DNA from: an uncultured Eubacterium sp.
GTDB lineage: Bacteria > Bacillota > Clostridia > Lachnospirales > Lachnospiraceae
Direction: 5' to 3'
Assembly (NCBI GenBank): GCA_934316845.1
Contig: CAKRDZ010000010.1
Coordinates: 1,560 to 65,559, forward strand
Length of the DNA: 64,000 nucleotides
Every line of letters begins with the position of its first letter. The stretch's first letter is position 1. The notes beneath the pieces are model-generated. The model worked only from the letters and a program-made list of their open reading frames with translations, searched no databases and had not been told where the DNA came from. Positions 40,685 through 48,327 of the stretch are shown here, one piece after another. The translations under genes and the position numbers were made by a program.

Positions 40685-40727
40685 AATCTGAATAATTATA
40701 AATAAAAATATACCGGAGGGATGCATC

Positions 40728-43544
40728 ATGGTATTGGATTGGAATAAGTATGTAGAGATGGCAAGACAGGTATCCGCAGAGGGATGCGTGCTTTTGAAAA
40801 ATGAAGCACACACTCTGCCGCTGCAGGAAGGCTGCCGCGTCGCAGTATTTGGAAGGATTCAAAACAATTACTATAAAAGTGGTACCGGTTCCGGGGGAAT
40901 GGTAAATGTTTCCAAAGTAACCGGGATTCTTGATGCTCTGTTGGAAGAGCCGGGATTGAGTGTGGATGAAACTGTGCGCAAAACCTATGAAGAATGGGAA
41001 AAAGAAAATCCATTTGATGAGGGAATCGGCTGGGCCAATGAGCCATGGTCGCAGGTTGAGATGCCGCTGGAAGAAGACTTTGTCCGTGAGGCATCTCTCC
41101 GAAACAACACAGCGCTGGTAATTATTGGAAGAACAGCCGGAGAAGACCGCGATAACGTCGATGCAGAAGGAGCATATAAACTTTCAAAGACCGAGATTGA
41201 TATGCTTGAAAAAGTTACTTCGTATTTTGAAAAGACAGCCGTTCTTTTTAATATCGGAAGTATCATTGACATGTCACATCCATGTTTGCAGGCCTGCCAG
41301 GCGCAGATGATCGTGTGGCAGGGCGGCATGGTTGGTGGCTGTGGGGTCGTGGATGTGCTGACCGGGAGAGTGTCGCCGTGCGGCCACTTAACCGATACGA
41401 TTGCCAAAAAAGTAGAAGATTACCCATCTTCGCCGTATTTTGGAGGCGAAGAGAAAAACTTTTATGTGGAAGATATCTATGTCGGCTACCGGTATTTTGA
41501 AACGGCGGCGAAAGAGGAAGTGCTGTATCCATTTGGTTATGGGCTTTCTTATACGACATTCCGTGATACGTGCATTGATTTTTCCATCCGCGAGGATTTT
41601 GGATGTGAGATACAGGTGCAGGTAAAAAATACCGGAAAGACAGCGGGAAAACACGTGGTACAGGCGTATATTGAGGCACCGCAGGGCAAACTTGGTAAAC
41701 CGGCGCGGAGCCTTTGCGGATTTGCCAAAACCGGAGTGATCGAGCCGGAAGAACGGGAACTGGTAAAAATCCCCATTCCATTTTCTGCGATTGCTTCGTA
41801 CGATGATTCCGGGGTTACCGGCGCGCCGCACTGTATGGTGCTTGAACCGGGAAGATACCGGATCTACGTGGGTTCCGATGTCCGTAATGCCGAAGAAGCA
41901 GCAAATTTCGAGATCATGCAGCAGAAGGTGGTTGAACAGCTGCAACAGGCACTTGCGCCGGTAGAAGCATTCGAACGCTTCAAAATGAGTAGAGATCAAA
42001 ATGGAAAATTTGAACTGACACGCGAACCGGTTCCGACAGGCGAAAAACAGGAAGCGAAAAAACGCGCTGAAAATCTGCCGGAAGAGATCGCGTATACGGG
42101 AGACAACGGGTATGTACTGAAAGATGTGGCAGATGGAAAAATCACGATGGAGGAATTTGTCGCACAGTTTTCTGACGAGGATCTGTCGTGCATCGTGCGC
42201 GGAGAAGGCATGGGAAGTCCGAAAGTAACGCCGGGTACGGCTGCGGCTTACGGCGGCGTCTCGGAACATTTGAAAAAAATGGGGATTCCTTGCGGCTGCT
42301 GTTCGGATGGACCGTCGGGAATGCGGATTGACTGCGGAAAGAAAGCTTTCAGCCTTCCAAACGGTACGTTGATCGCGTGTACGTGGAATACCGCGCTGGT
42401 GGAGCAGTTATTTGAGTGCCTCGGACTGGAAATGATTTCCAATAAGATTGACAACATCCTGGGGCCGGGGATCAATATTCACAGACATCCGTTAAACGGG
42501 CGCAATTTTGAATATTTTTCAGAAGATCCCCTTCTCTCCGGTAAGATGGCGGCGGCAGAGATCCGTGGTTTGAAAAAGCAGGGCGTGACGGGAACGCTCA
42601 AACATTTTGCTGCCAACAATCAGGAAAAGAAGCGGCATGATGTGGATTCGGTCGTTTCCGAGAGAGCACTTCGTGAGATCTACTTGAAAGGCTTTGAGAT
42701 TGCGGTAAAAGAGGCGCATGCGGATTCTGTCATGACGACCTATGGGCGTTTGAACGGAGTCTGGACTGCCGGAAGATACGAATTAAATACATCCATTCTG
42801 CGTGAAGAATGGGGATTTACCGGTATCGTGATGACCGACTGGTGGGCGAAGATCAACAACCAGTCCGGGACAGAAGGCGTTGGAAATGACTTTGCGTCCA
42901 TGATACGCGCGCAGAATGATATTTATATGGTGTGTCCGCAGGGCGACCAAAATGCTACGGACGATAACACCTTGAAAGAACTTGCGGCCGGCACGCTGAC
43001 GCGGGGCGAATTGCAGCGCAGTGCTGCCAATATCTGTCGTCAGCTTATGAGTCTGCCTGCGTTTGCAAGGATGAATGGAGAGGCAGAGACCGTAGAGATT
43101 CTCCATAAGCCGGAAGATAAGTCCGACTTTGATATGGAAGATATTGTATATTATACATTTGACGAAAAGGGCGAGATCCCGATGGATGGAATCGATACTT
43201 CAAAGGGCAGCAGTTTTGTGTTTGCGATTGAGGTGCCAACCGGTCATTTGTATGATCTGCATATTGAGTATTCTTCAGAATCCGGGGAACTGGCGCAGAT
43301 TCCAATGACGATTTTCAGCCAGAGTGTGCCGGTTGGCGTCGTGACGTTCAACGGAACGGACGGTGAGATCCGGACAATGGAGAAGAAAGTTTATATGGCG
43401 ACGCAGTATATCGTCGTGCGCCTGTATTTTGTGCAGGGCGGCGTCAACATTCATAAATTTGTTTTTACGGATACAGGAAAAGATATACAAAAGGACATTG
43501 TCGAACTTGACGGAAATCCGGAGTTTGACTTTGCGTTACGTTAA
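40728..43544 (+). CDS. GH3 family beta-glucosidase/beta-xylosidase-like glycoside hydrolase (938 aa)
   Basis: KHFAANNQE and the GIVMTDWW nucleophile region are present, with Fn3-like and PA14-free architecture. No signal peptide. Confidence 0.85.
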   Translation: MVLDWNKYVEMARQVSAEGCVLLKNEAHTLPLQEGCRVAVFGRIQNNYYKSGTGSGGMVNVSKVTGILDALLEEPGLSVDETVRKTYEEWEKENPFDEGIGWANEPWSQVEMPLEEDFVREASLRNNTALVIIGRTAGEDRDNVDAEGAYKLSKTEIDMLEKVTSYFEKTAVLFNIGSIIDMSHPCLQACQAQMIVWQGGMVGGCGVVDVLTGRVSPCGHLTDTIAKKVEDYPSSPYFGGEEKNFYVEDIYVGYRYFETAAKEEVLYPFGYGLSYTTFRDTCIDFSIREDFGCEIQVQVKNTGKTAGKHVVQAYIEAPQGKLGKPARSLCGFAKTGVIEPEERELVKIPIPFSAIASYDDSGVTGAPHCMVLEPGRYRIYVGSDVRNAEEAANFEIMQQKVVEQLQQALAPVEAFERFKMSRDQNGKFELTREPVPTGEKQEAKKRAENLPEEIAYTGDNGYVLKDVADGKITMEEFVAQFSDEDLSCIVRGEGMGSPKVTPGTAAAYGGVSEHLKKMGIPCGCCSDGPSGMRIDCGKKAFSLPNGTLIACTWNTALVEQLFECLGLEMISNKIDNILGPGINIHRHPLNGRNFEYFSEDPLLSGKMAAAEIRGLKKQGVTGTLKHFAANNQEKKRHDVDSVVSERALREIYLKGFEIAVKEAHADSVMTTYGRLNGVWTAGRYELNTSILREEWGFTGIVMTDWWAKINNQSGTEGVGNDFASMIRAQNDIYMVCPQGDQNATDDNTLKELAAGTLTRGELQRSAANICRQLMSLPAFARMNGEAETVEILHKPEDKSDFDMEDIVYYTFDEKGEIPMDGIDTSKGSSFVFAIEVPTGHLYDLHIEYSSESGELAQIPMTIFSQSVPVGVVTFNGTDGEIRTMEKKVYMATQYIVVRLYFVQGGVNIHKFVFTDTGKDIQKDIVELDGNPEFDFALR

Positions 43545-43558
43545 AAAGGAGGAAAGCA

Positions 43559-44401
43559 ATGGAAATTTTACTTGGCATTATTGTGATTCTGCTGGTTATT
43601 TCCAATGTCTATCTGATGATAACGATGCAGCGCCAGAACCGGAAGCCGGAGAGCAATCCGCAGATTGAGGAAATCCGCCGGGAAATTGCCGGATTGCAGC
43701 GGATGTTTACCGGGGTGAAAACCCGTGGGATCTGGGGAGAATGGCAGCTGGGAAGCATTTTAGATGAAATCCTCACTCCGGATCAGTACGAGACGGAATG
43801 TATGGTAATTCCGGGAAGGACTACACGTGTAGAATATGCGGTGAAACTTCCGGGAAGATATGAGGAACCGGTTTATCTTCCGATTGATTCCAAATTTCCG
43901 CTGGATGCGTATCTTCAATACGAAGAGGCGCTGCAGAGCAGCAGCCGGGAAATGGCGGAAGATGCGGCAATTGTGTTTAAAAACCGCGTGAAGTCGTTTG
44001 CGAAGGAGATTCACGATAAGTACATTCTGCCGCCGTATACGACAGATTTTGCCGTGTTGTTTTTTCCAATTGAGGCAATCTATGTGGCAGCAGTCAAGCT
44101 CGGACTGCCGCAGGAATTGATGCGGCTTTACAAGGTGACGATGGCTTCGCCGGCGAGTGTCGGAGTGCTGCTGAACAGCTTACAGATGGGATTTCGGACA
44201 CTTGAGATACAGGAAAAGAGCGGCGACGTGTGGCGTGTTTTGACGGAAGTGCGCTCAGAGGTAGACAGTTACGAAGAAGTTTTATTGAACCTGCAAAAGC
44301 GGTTAGAACAGTCGGAAAAAGAACTGGACATGCTTGTCGGCAGACGGACGAGGATGTTGAAGAAAAAATTAGAAATGTTAGATGATACAGACTGGCAGTA
44401 A
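43559..44401 (+). CDS. rmuC: DNA recombination protein RmuC (short form)
   Basis: N-terminal TM, RGIWGEWQLGSILDEILTP...VEYAVKLPG...YLPIDSKFPLDAY is the RmuC core. Only 14 nt after the GH3 gene. Confidence 0.8.
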   Translation: MEILLGIIVILLVISNVYLMITMQRQNRKPESNPQIEEIRREIAGLQRMFTGVKTRGIWGEWQLGSILDEILTPDQYETECMVIPGRTTRVEYAVKLPGRYEEPVYLPIDSKFPLDAYLQYEEALQSSSREMAEDAAIVFKNRVKSFAKEIHDKYILPPYTTDFAVLFFPIEAIYVAAVKLGLPQELMRLYKVTMASPASVGVLLNSLQMGFRTLEIQEKSGDVWRVLTEVRSEVDSYEEVLLNLQKRLEQSEKELDMLVGRRTRMLKKKLEMLDDTDWQ

Positions 44402-44402
44402 A

Positions 44403-44440
44403 AAACGCCTCCCTGATTCGGTTGTTTCAGGGAGGCGTTT
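44403..44440. terminator. Bidirectional intrinsic terminator between rmuC and the LRR surface-protein gene
   Basis: AAACGCCTCCCTGA (44403-44416) pairs with TCAGGGAGGCGTTT (44427-44440), a 14-bp stem flanked by A and T tracts. Confidence 0.8.
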
Positions 44441-44447
44441 GTGCGCT

Positions 44448-46136
44448 TTATGCTTTTACTTTTTTAACATTCGAGGCTTTTCCGTATACGGTCTTTGTCT
44501 TTCCGTTGACCTTTGCTTTTTTAAAGGCTCTTATATAGAAAGAAGTTGTCGCCTTTTTCTTTAACTTAATGGAAATTTTTGTCGTTTTTGCGGATACATT
44601 TTTGACTTTTACAAATTTGATCTTTTTGGCTTTTTTCGCCTTTGTACCCTTTTTGACTACCTTTTTGTAAATGGTGTAACCGGAAGCACCTTTTATTTTT
44701 TTCCATGTAAGGACGGCCTTTCCTTTTTTCTTTTTGACGGAAGTAAGTTTGACTTTTCCTACACTGACTTTGGCAGGTGCCGGTGTGACAGAGGCAGGTG
44801 CCGGTGTGACAGAGGCAGGTGCCGCAGGAGTAGTTATGGCTGCGACAGGAACCGGTGCCGGAGTGCTCGTCGGTACGACAGACATGCCTAAAAGTACGAG
44901 GGCATTGGTATTTCCGCTCGCAGCAAGCGCTTTTTTGGTAGAATCGCCTACGCCTTCAAAAGCGGAAGAAGCGATGATGGTATCTGGCGGAATATTGATT
45001 TCTTTTAAGTTTGGCACATTTTTGAAAGCATCGTCTCCAATATTTTTTACGGATTGAGGCAATTGCACTTTTTCCAGATTTCCACATTTTTCAAAGGTGC
45101 CTTTTTCAATGTTGGTAAGTCCCTCCGAGAGGTAGACATTGTGGATCTGTGCGCAGCTAAAAGCGTATTCGCCCAAAGTATAATTGGTATTGGAAGAAAC
45201 TTCTACCTGTAAAATATTTCCACAATTTGCAAAGGCATAGGAGCCGATGCTTGTGACGGAACCCTGCAATACAATATTGTGAATGCCGCTGTTATAGAAA
45301 GCGTGGTCGCCTACGGTCGTGATGGAACCGGTGCTGTTTACGGTAAAGTCCGTGATGTTTGCTGTCTTTTCTACGGCATAATTTCCCAGCCGGCCGACCG
45401 TTCCGTTGATCGTGATCGTATGGAGCTGACTGCACGAAAAAGCGTAGTCGTCAATGTTATCGATGGAAGCGCCGGCAGCAAGCGTAAAGTCAAGGAAATT
45501 TGGAGTGTTTGCAAATGCACGATTTCCAATTTTATCCATATTTCCTGCTACGGTGATGCTTTTGATCGAGGAGCTTTGGAATGCATTGTCCTCGATCGTT
45601 TTTAATGAAGCCGGCAGCGTATCAGAAAGTACCGGATTTTTTGCAGTTTCATCCAGATTACCGGTTTCGTTTGCCGGAGTTTCCGACACCGGATTTTCGA
45701 TGGAACCGGATTCGATTTCGCCAGCCACCGGCTGTTTGATAATTTCATCTACCGCCGCCGTGGTGTAACTCTTTACATATTCTACGGTGGACGATGCAAA
45801 TGTGTCGGAGCCGATGCTTACAATGCTGTCCGGAAGATATACGACATGGCAGTTCGTCTTTCCGGAAAACGGGGCATTGATGGCGCGCACGGCAATGCCG
45901 TTGATCTTGTAAGGTACAACGATGGATGAGGTGTTGTATAAGCCGTCAAATCCGGTAATGGTATAAATACCGTTTACGTATTCGGCATGAAACAGGGATT
46001 CGTCTGTTATCTGAACGGAATCCTGGTTTTCTGCTGCCTGAATGGTTGTCCGGTTATCCGGTGCGGCAGCAAGGGAACTTGCCACAAGTGCCGTCGAAAG
46101 GGTGAGTGCACCCAAAAGTTTTGTAAATTGTTTCAT
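44448..46136 (-). CDS. Surface protein with BspA-type leucine-rich repeats, P/A/T linker and lysine-rich Fn3-like C-terminal module
   Basis: Signal peptide MKQFTKLLGALTLSTALVASSLAAA. Repeated ...IGDxAFxxCxxL... units (LRR_5 type). Linker PTSTPAPVPVAAITTPAAPASVTPAPASVTPAPA. C-terminus KGKAVLTWKKIKGASGYTIYKK. Confidence 0.8.
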   Translation of the reverse strand: MKQFTKLLGALTLSTALVASSLAAAPDNRTTIQAAENQDSVQITDESLFHAEYVNGIYTITGFDGLYNTSSIVVPYKINGIAVRAINAPFSGKTNCHVVYLPDSIVSIGSDTFASSTVEYVKSYTTAAVDEIIKQPVAGEIESGSIENPVSETPANETGNLDETAKNPVLSDTLPASLKTIEDNAFQSSSIKSITVAGNMDKIGNRAFANTPNFLDFTLAAGASIDNIDDYAFSCSQLHTITINGTVGRLGNYAVEKTANITDFTVNSTGSITTVGDHAFYNSGIHNIVLQGSVTSIGSYAFANCGNILQVEVSSNTNYTLGEYAFSCAQIHNVYLSEGLTNIEKGTFEKCGNLEKVQLPQSVKNIGDDAFKNVPNLKEINIPPDTIIASSAFEGVGDSTKKALAASGNTNALVLLGMSVVPTSTPAPVPVAAITTPAAPASVTPAPASVTPAPAKVSVGKVKLTSVKKKKGKAVLTWKKIKGASGYTIYKKVVKKGTKAKKAKKIKFVKVKNVSAKTTKISIKLKKKATTSFYIRAFKKAKVNGKTKTVYGKASNVKKVKA

Positions 46137-46155
46137 TCTTTTTTTCCTTTCTCCT

Positions 46156-47019
46156 TTAGCGGTAAAGATCGGTTACATAGACAAAGCATCGGCAGGGGAG
46201 ATTCCGGCAGATTTCTTTGGCGTGCATGGCATCTTTCTGGTTGTCATAAATACCAAAGACGGTCGGACCGCTTCCACTCATGAGAGCGCCCATAGCACCA
46301 TTTTCCATCATGGTCTGTTTGATGAGCGCAATGTCGGGATGAGCCGGGATGGTAACGGTTTCCAGTATATTTGCCATGTTGTCACACAGTGCCTGCAGAT
46401 CTCTTCTCCGAATGCATTCAATCATGGTGTCGATGTCCGGGTGAATGGTCGCCTCATCGAGCACGAGATTGGAGTAGACAAATTTGGTTGATACGTGAAA
46501 GGCCGGTTTGGCGATGAGTATATGACATGCCGGTGCCGGCGGAAGCGGCGACAGGATCTCGCCGATTCCCTCGGAAAGCGCAGTCCCTTTTTGGATACAA
46601 TAAGGGATGTCGGCGCCGAGAGTGATCCCGCGTTCTTTCAGATCCTCGTCGGTAAGTCCGAGATCGAAGAGCCGGTTCATTGCGATCATGCAGGAGGCAG
46701 CGTCCGTGCTCCCGCCTGCCATACCGGCGGCGACGGGGATCCGCTTGTCCAGATGAATGGACACTCCCTCGGAAATTCCAAATTCTTCCATAAGAAGCCT
46801 TGCGCTTTTATAGACAAGGTTGTCTTCATTCACCGGAAGAAAATGAAGATTTGTCGTCAGACTGATATCCGGTGTCTTTGTCTTTTTTAATGTCAAACGG
46901 TCAAAGAGCCGTATGCTCTGCATAATCATTTTTACTTCGTGATAGCCGTCGCTGCGGCGGCGGATGACATCAAGACCAAGATTGATCTTGGCTGGTGCGT
47001 TGATCCATGTTGAGTCCAT
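46156..47019 (-). CDS. ispE: 4-diphosphocytidyl-2-C-methyl-D-erythritol kinase
   Basis: 287 aa. APAKINLGLDV and the GHMP motif PVAAGMAGGSTDAA are present. Confidence 0.93.
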   Translation of the reverse strand: MDSTWINAPAKINLGLDVIRRRSDGYHEVKMIMQSIRLFDRLTLKKTKTPDISLTTNLHFLPVNEDNLVYKSARLLMEEFGISEGVSIHLDKRIPVAAGMAGGSTDAASCMIAMNRLFDLGLTDEDLKERGITLGADIPYCIQKGTALSEGIGEILSPLPPAPACHILIAKPAFHVSTKFVYSNLVLDEATIHPDIDTMIECIRRRDLQALCDNMANILETVTIPAHPDIALIKQTMMENGAMGALMSGSGPTVFGIYDNQKDAMHAKEICRNLPCRCFVYVTDLYR

Positions 47020-47120
47020 GTTTCTCCCCCTTTGTAAATAAAATGGTGTTACATCCTGACATAAATAAGTCTACAAAATATTATAACAGATAAATGAAAG
47101 AATAGCAAAAAGATTCCTTT

Positions 47121-47148
47121 GTATAAGATGGAAAAAATGGGAAAGACT
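47121..47148 (+). promoter_or_regulatory. Possible sigma-F type forespore promoter of spoIIR
   Basis: GTATA (47121-47125), 14 nt, GGAAAGACT (47140-47148) resembles the sigma-F consensus (GYATA...GGnnAnAnT). About 40 nt upstream of the spoIIR ATG. Confidence 0.4.
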
Positions 47149-47185
47149 ATTTTGTGAGTAAATATTTGTTATTCAGGAGGTCAGT

Positions 47186-47803
47186 ATGAAAGTATTTCGA
47201 TGGATTTTATTTGGGGCAGCAGTATTTGGAGTGTGTGTGCTTATGCATTTTTATGGGAAAGCGACGGAGGCCAAGGAGATGCAGGAGGATATCGCAAAAG
47301 AAGTGATCCGTCTGCACGTTGTGGCCAATAGTGATCTGGAGATGGATCAAACGTTAAAACTGGAAGTAAAGGAAAAAATTGTAAAAATGCTCCGCCGTAA
47401 AATGAAAAAAAGTGATTCGGTTGAAGAGGCAGCGAAGATCGTGCAGGCTCAGATCCCGGAGGTGGAAAAATGTGCAGAAGAGTACATAAGGAAAAAAGGC
47501 TTTGATTACCCGGTCGACGCAACACTGGAAAACTGCTTTTTTCCGGTAAAGCAGTATGGTGATATGGTATTTCCGGCAGGAAATTATAATGCGTTGAATG
47601 TGCGGATCGGCGAGGCATCCGGGAAAAATTGGTGGTGCATCTTGTATCCGACGCTTTGTTTCGTTGACAGTACGTACCAGACTGTACCGGAGGAGTCGAA
47701 AGAAAAATTAAAGGAGTCGTTGACGGACGAAGAATATGATATGCTGCTAGAGGGCGGCGAAAATGTGGAGTATGGGTTCTGGTTTCTGGATTTTTTTAAC
47801 TGA
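47186..47803 (+). CDS. spoIIR: Stage II sporulation protein R
   Basis: 205 aa. N-terminal TM/signal, VIRLHVVANSD and GKNWWCILYPTLCF are SpoIIR signatures. Confidence 0.9.
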   Translation: MKVFRWILFGAAVFGVCVLMHFYGKATEAKEMQEDIAKEVIRLHVVANSDLEMDQTLKLEVKEKIVKMLRRKMKKSDSVEEAAKIVQAQIPEVEKCAEEYIRKKGFDYPVDATLENCFFPVKQYGDMVFPAGNYNALNVRIGEASGKNWWCILYPTLCFVDSTYQTVPEESKEKLKESLTDEEYDMLLEGGENVEYGFWFLDFFN

Positions 47804-47846
47804 TAGAGACGCGGGAGGTGGCGCTGCCGGGTCGCTGCTCGGTTTA

Positions 47847-48245
47847 GAGGCCGCCGGCACACGTCAAAAAGAAAAAGCAAGAAAATGACGTGTGCGGAGA
47901 GGCAGGATCGGCGATGAAAGAGGCCGCCGGTACACGCCAAAAAGAAAAAAGCAAGAAAATGACGTGTGCGGAGAGGCAGGATCGGCGATGAAAGAGGCCG
48001 CCGGCACACGCCAAAAAGAAAAAGCAAGAAAATGACGTGTGCGGAGAGGCAGGATCGGCGATGAAAGAGACCGCTGGCACACGCCAAAAAGAAAAAGCAA
48101 GAAAATGACGTGTGCGGAGAGCTGGGGACGGCGATGAAAGAGGCCGTCGGCACACGCCAAAAAGAAAAAGCAAGAAAATGACGTGTGCGGAGAGCTGGGG
48201 ACGGCGATGAAAGAGGCCGCCGGCACACGTCAAAAAGAAAAAACA
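47847..48245. repeat. Tandem array: five full 73/74-bp units plus a partial sixth, each carrying a 10-12-bp hairpin
   Basis: Units start at 47847, 47920, 47994, 48067, 48140 and 48213. Consensus is GAGGCCGCCGGCACACGTCAAAAAGAAAAAGCAAGAAAATGACGTGTGCGGAGAGGCAGGATCGGCGATGAAA. The internal inverted repeat is GCACACGTCA-N19-TGACGTGTGC. Confidence 0.9.
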
Positions 48246-48327
48246 AAGAAGTTCTCAAGAAAATCGAGAAAAGGGACGAAATATATAATACAACAGGTAA
48301 CCTGAATAGTTACCATAAAAAACGAAA

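Noticed and set aside
41388-42269. A 293-aa minus-strand ORF and several other ORFs of 100-220 aa antisense to the GH3, upp, gyrA/gyrB and alpha-galactosidase genes.
   Set aside because: They lie entirely inside well-supported sense genes with strong family motifs. They are Arg/Ser/Cys-rich nonsense typical of antisense frames.
47584-48258. Three overlapping minus-strand ORFs (224, 129 and 120 aa) with repetitive RRPLSSP...HFLAFSFW peptides, and the idea that the array is a CRISPR.
   Set aside because: All the ORFs are artefacts of the 73-bp tandem repeat. The period is not divisible by 3, so all three frames are open and they mirror each other. The array is not a CRISPR because the whole unit repeats and there are no unique spacers.
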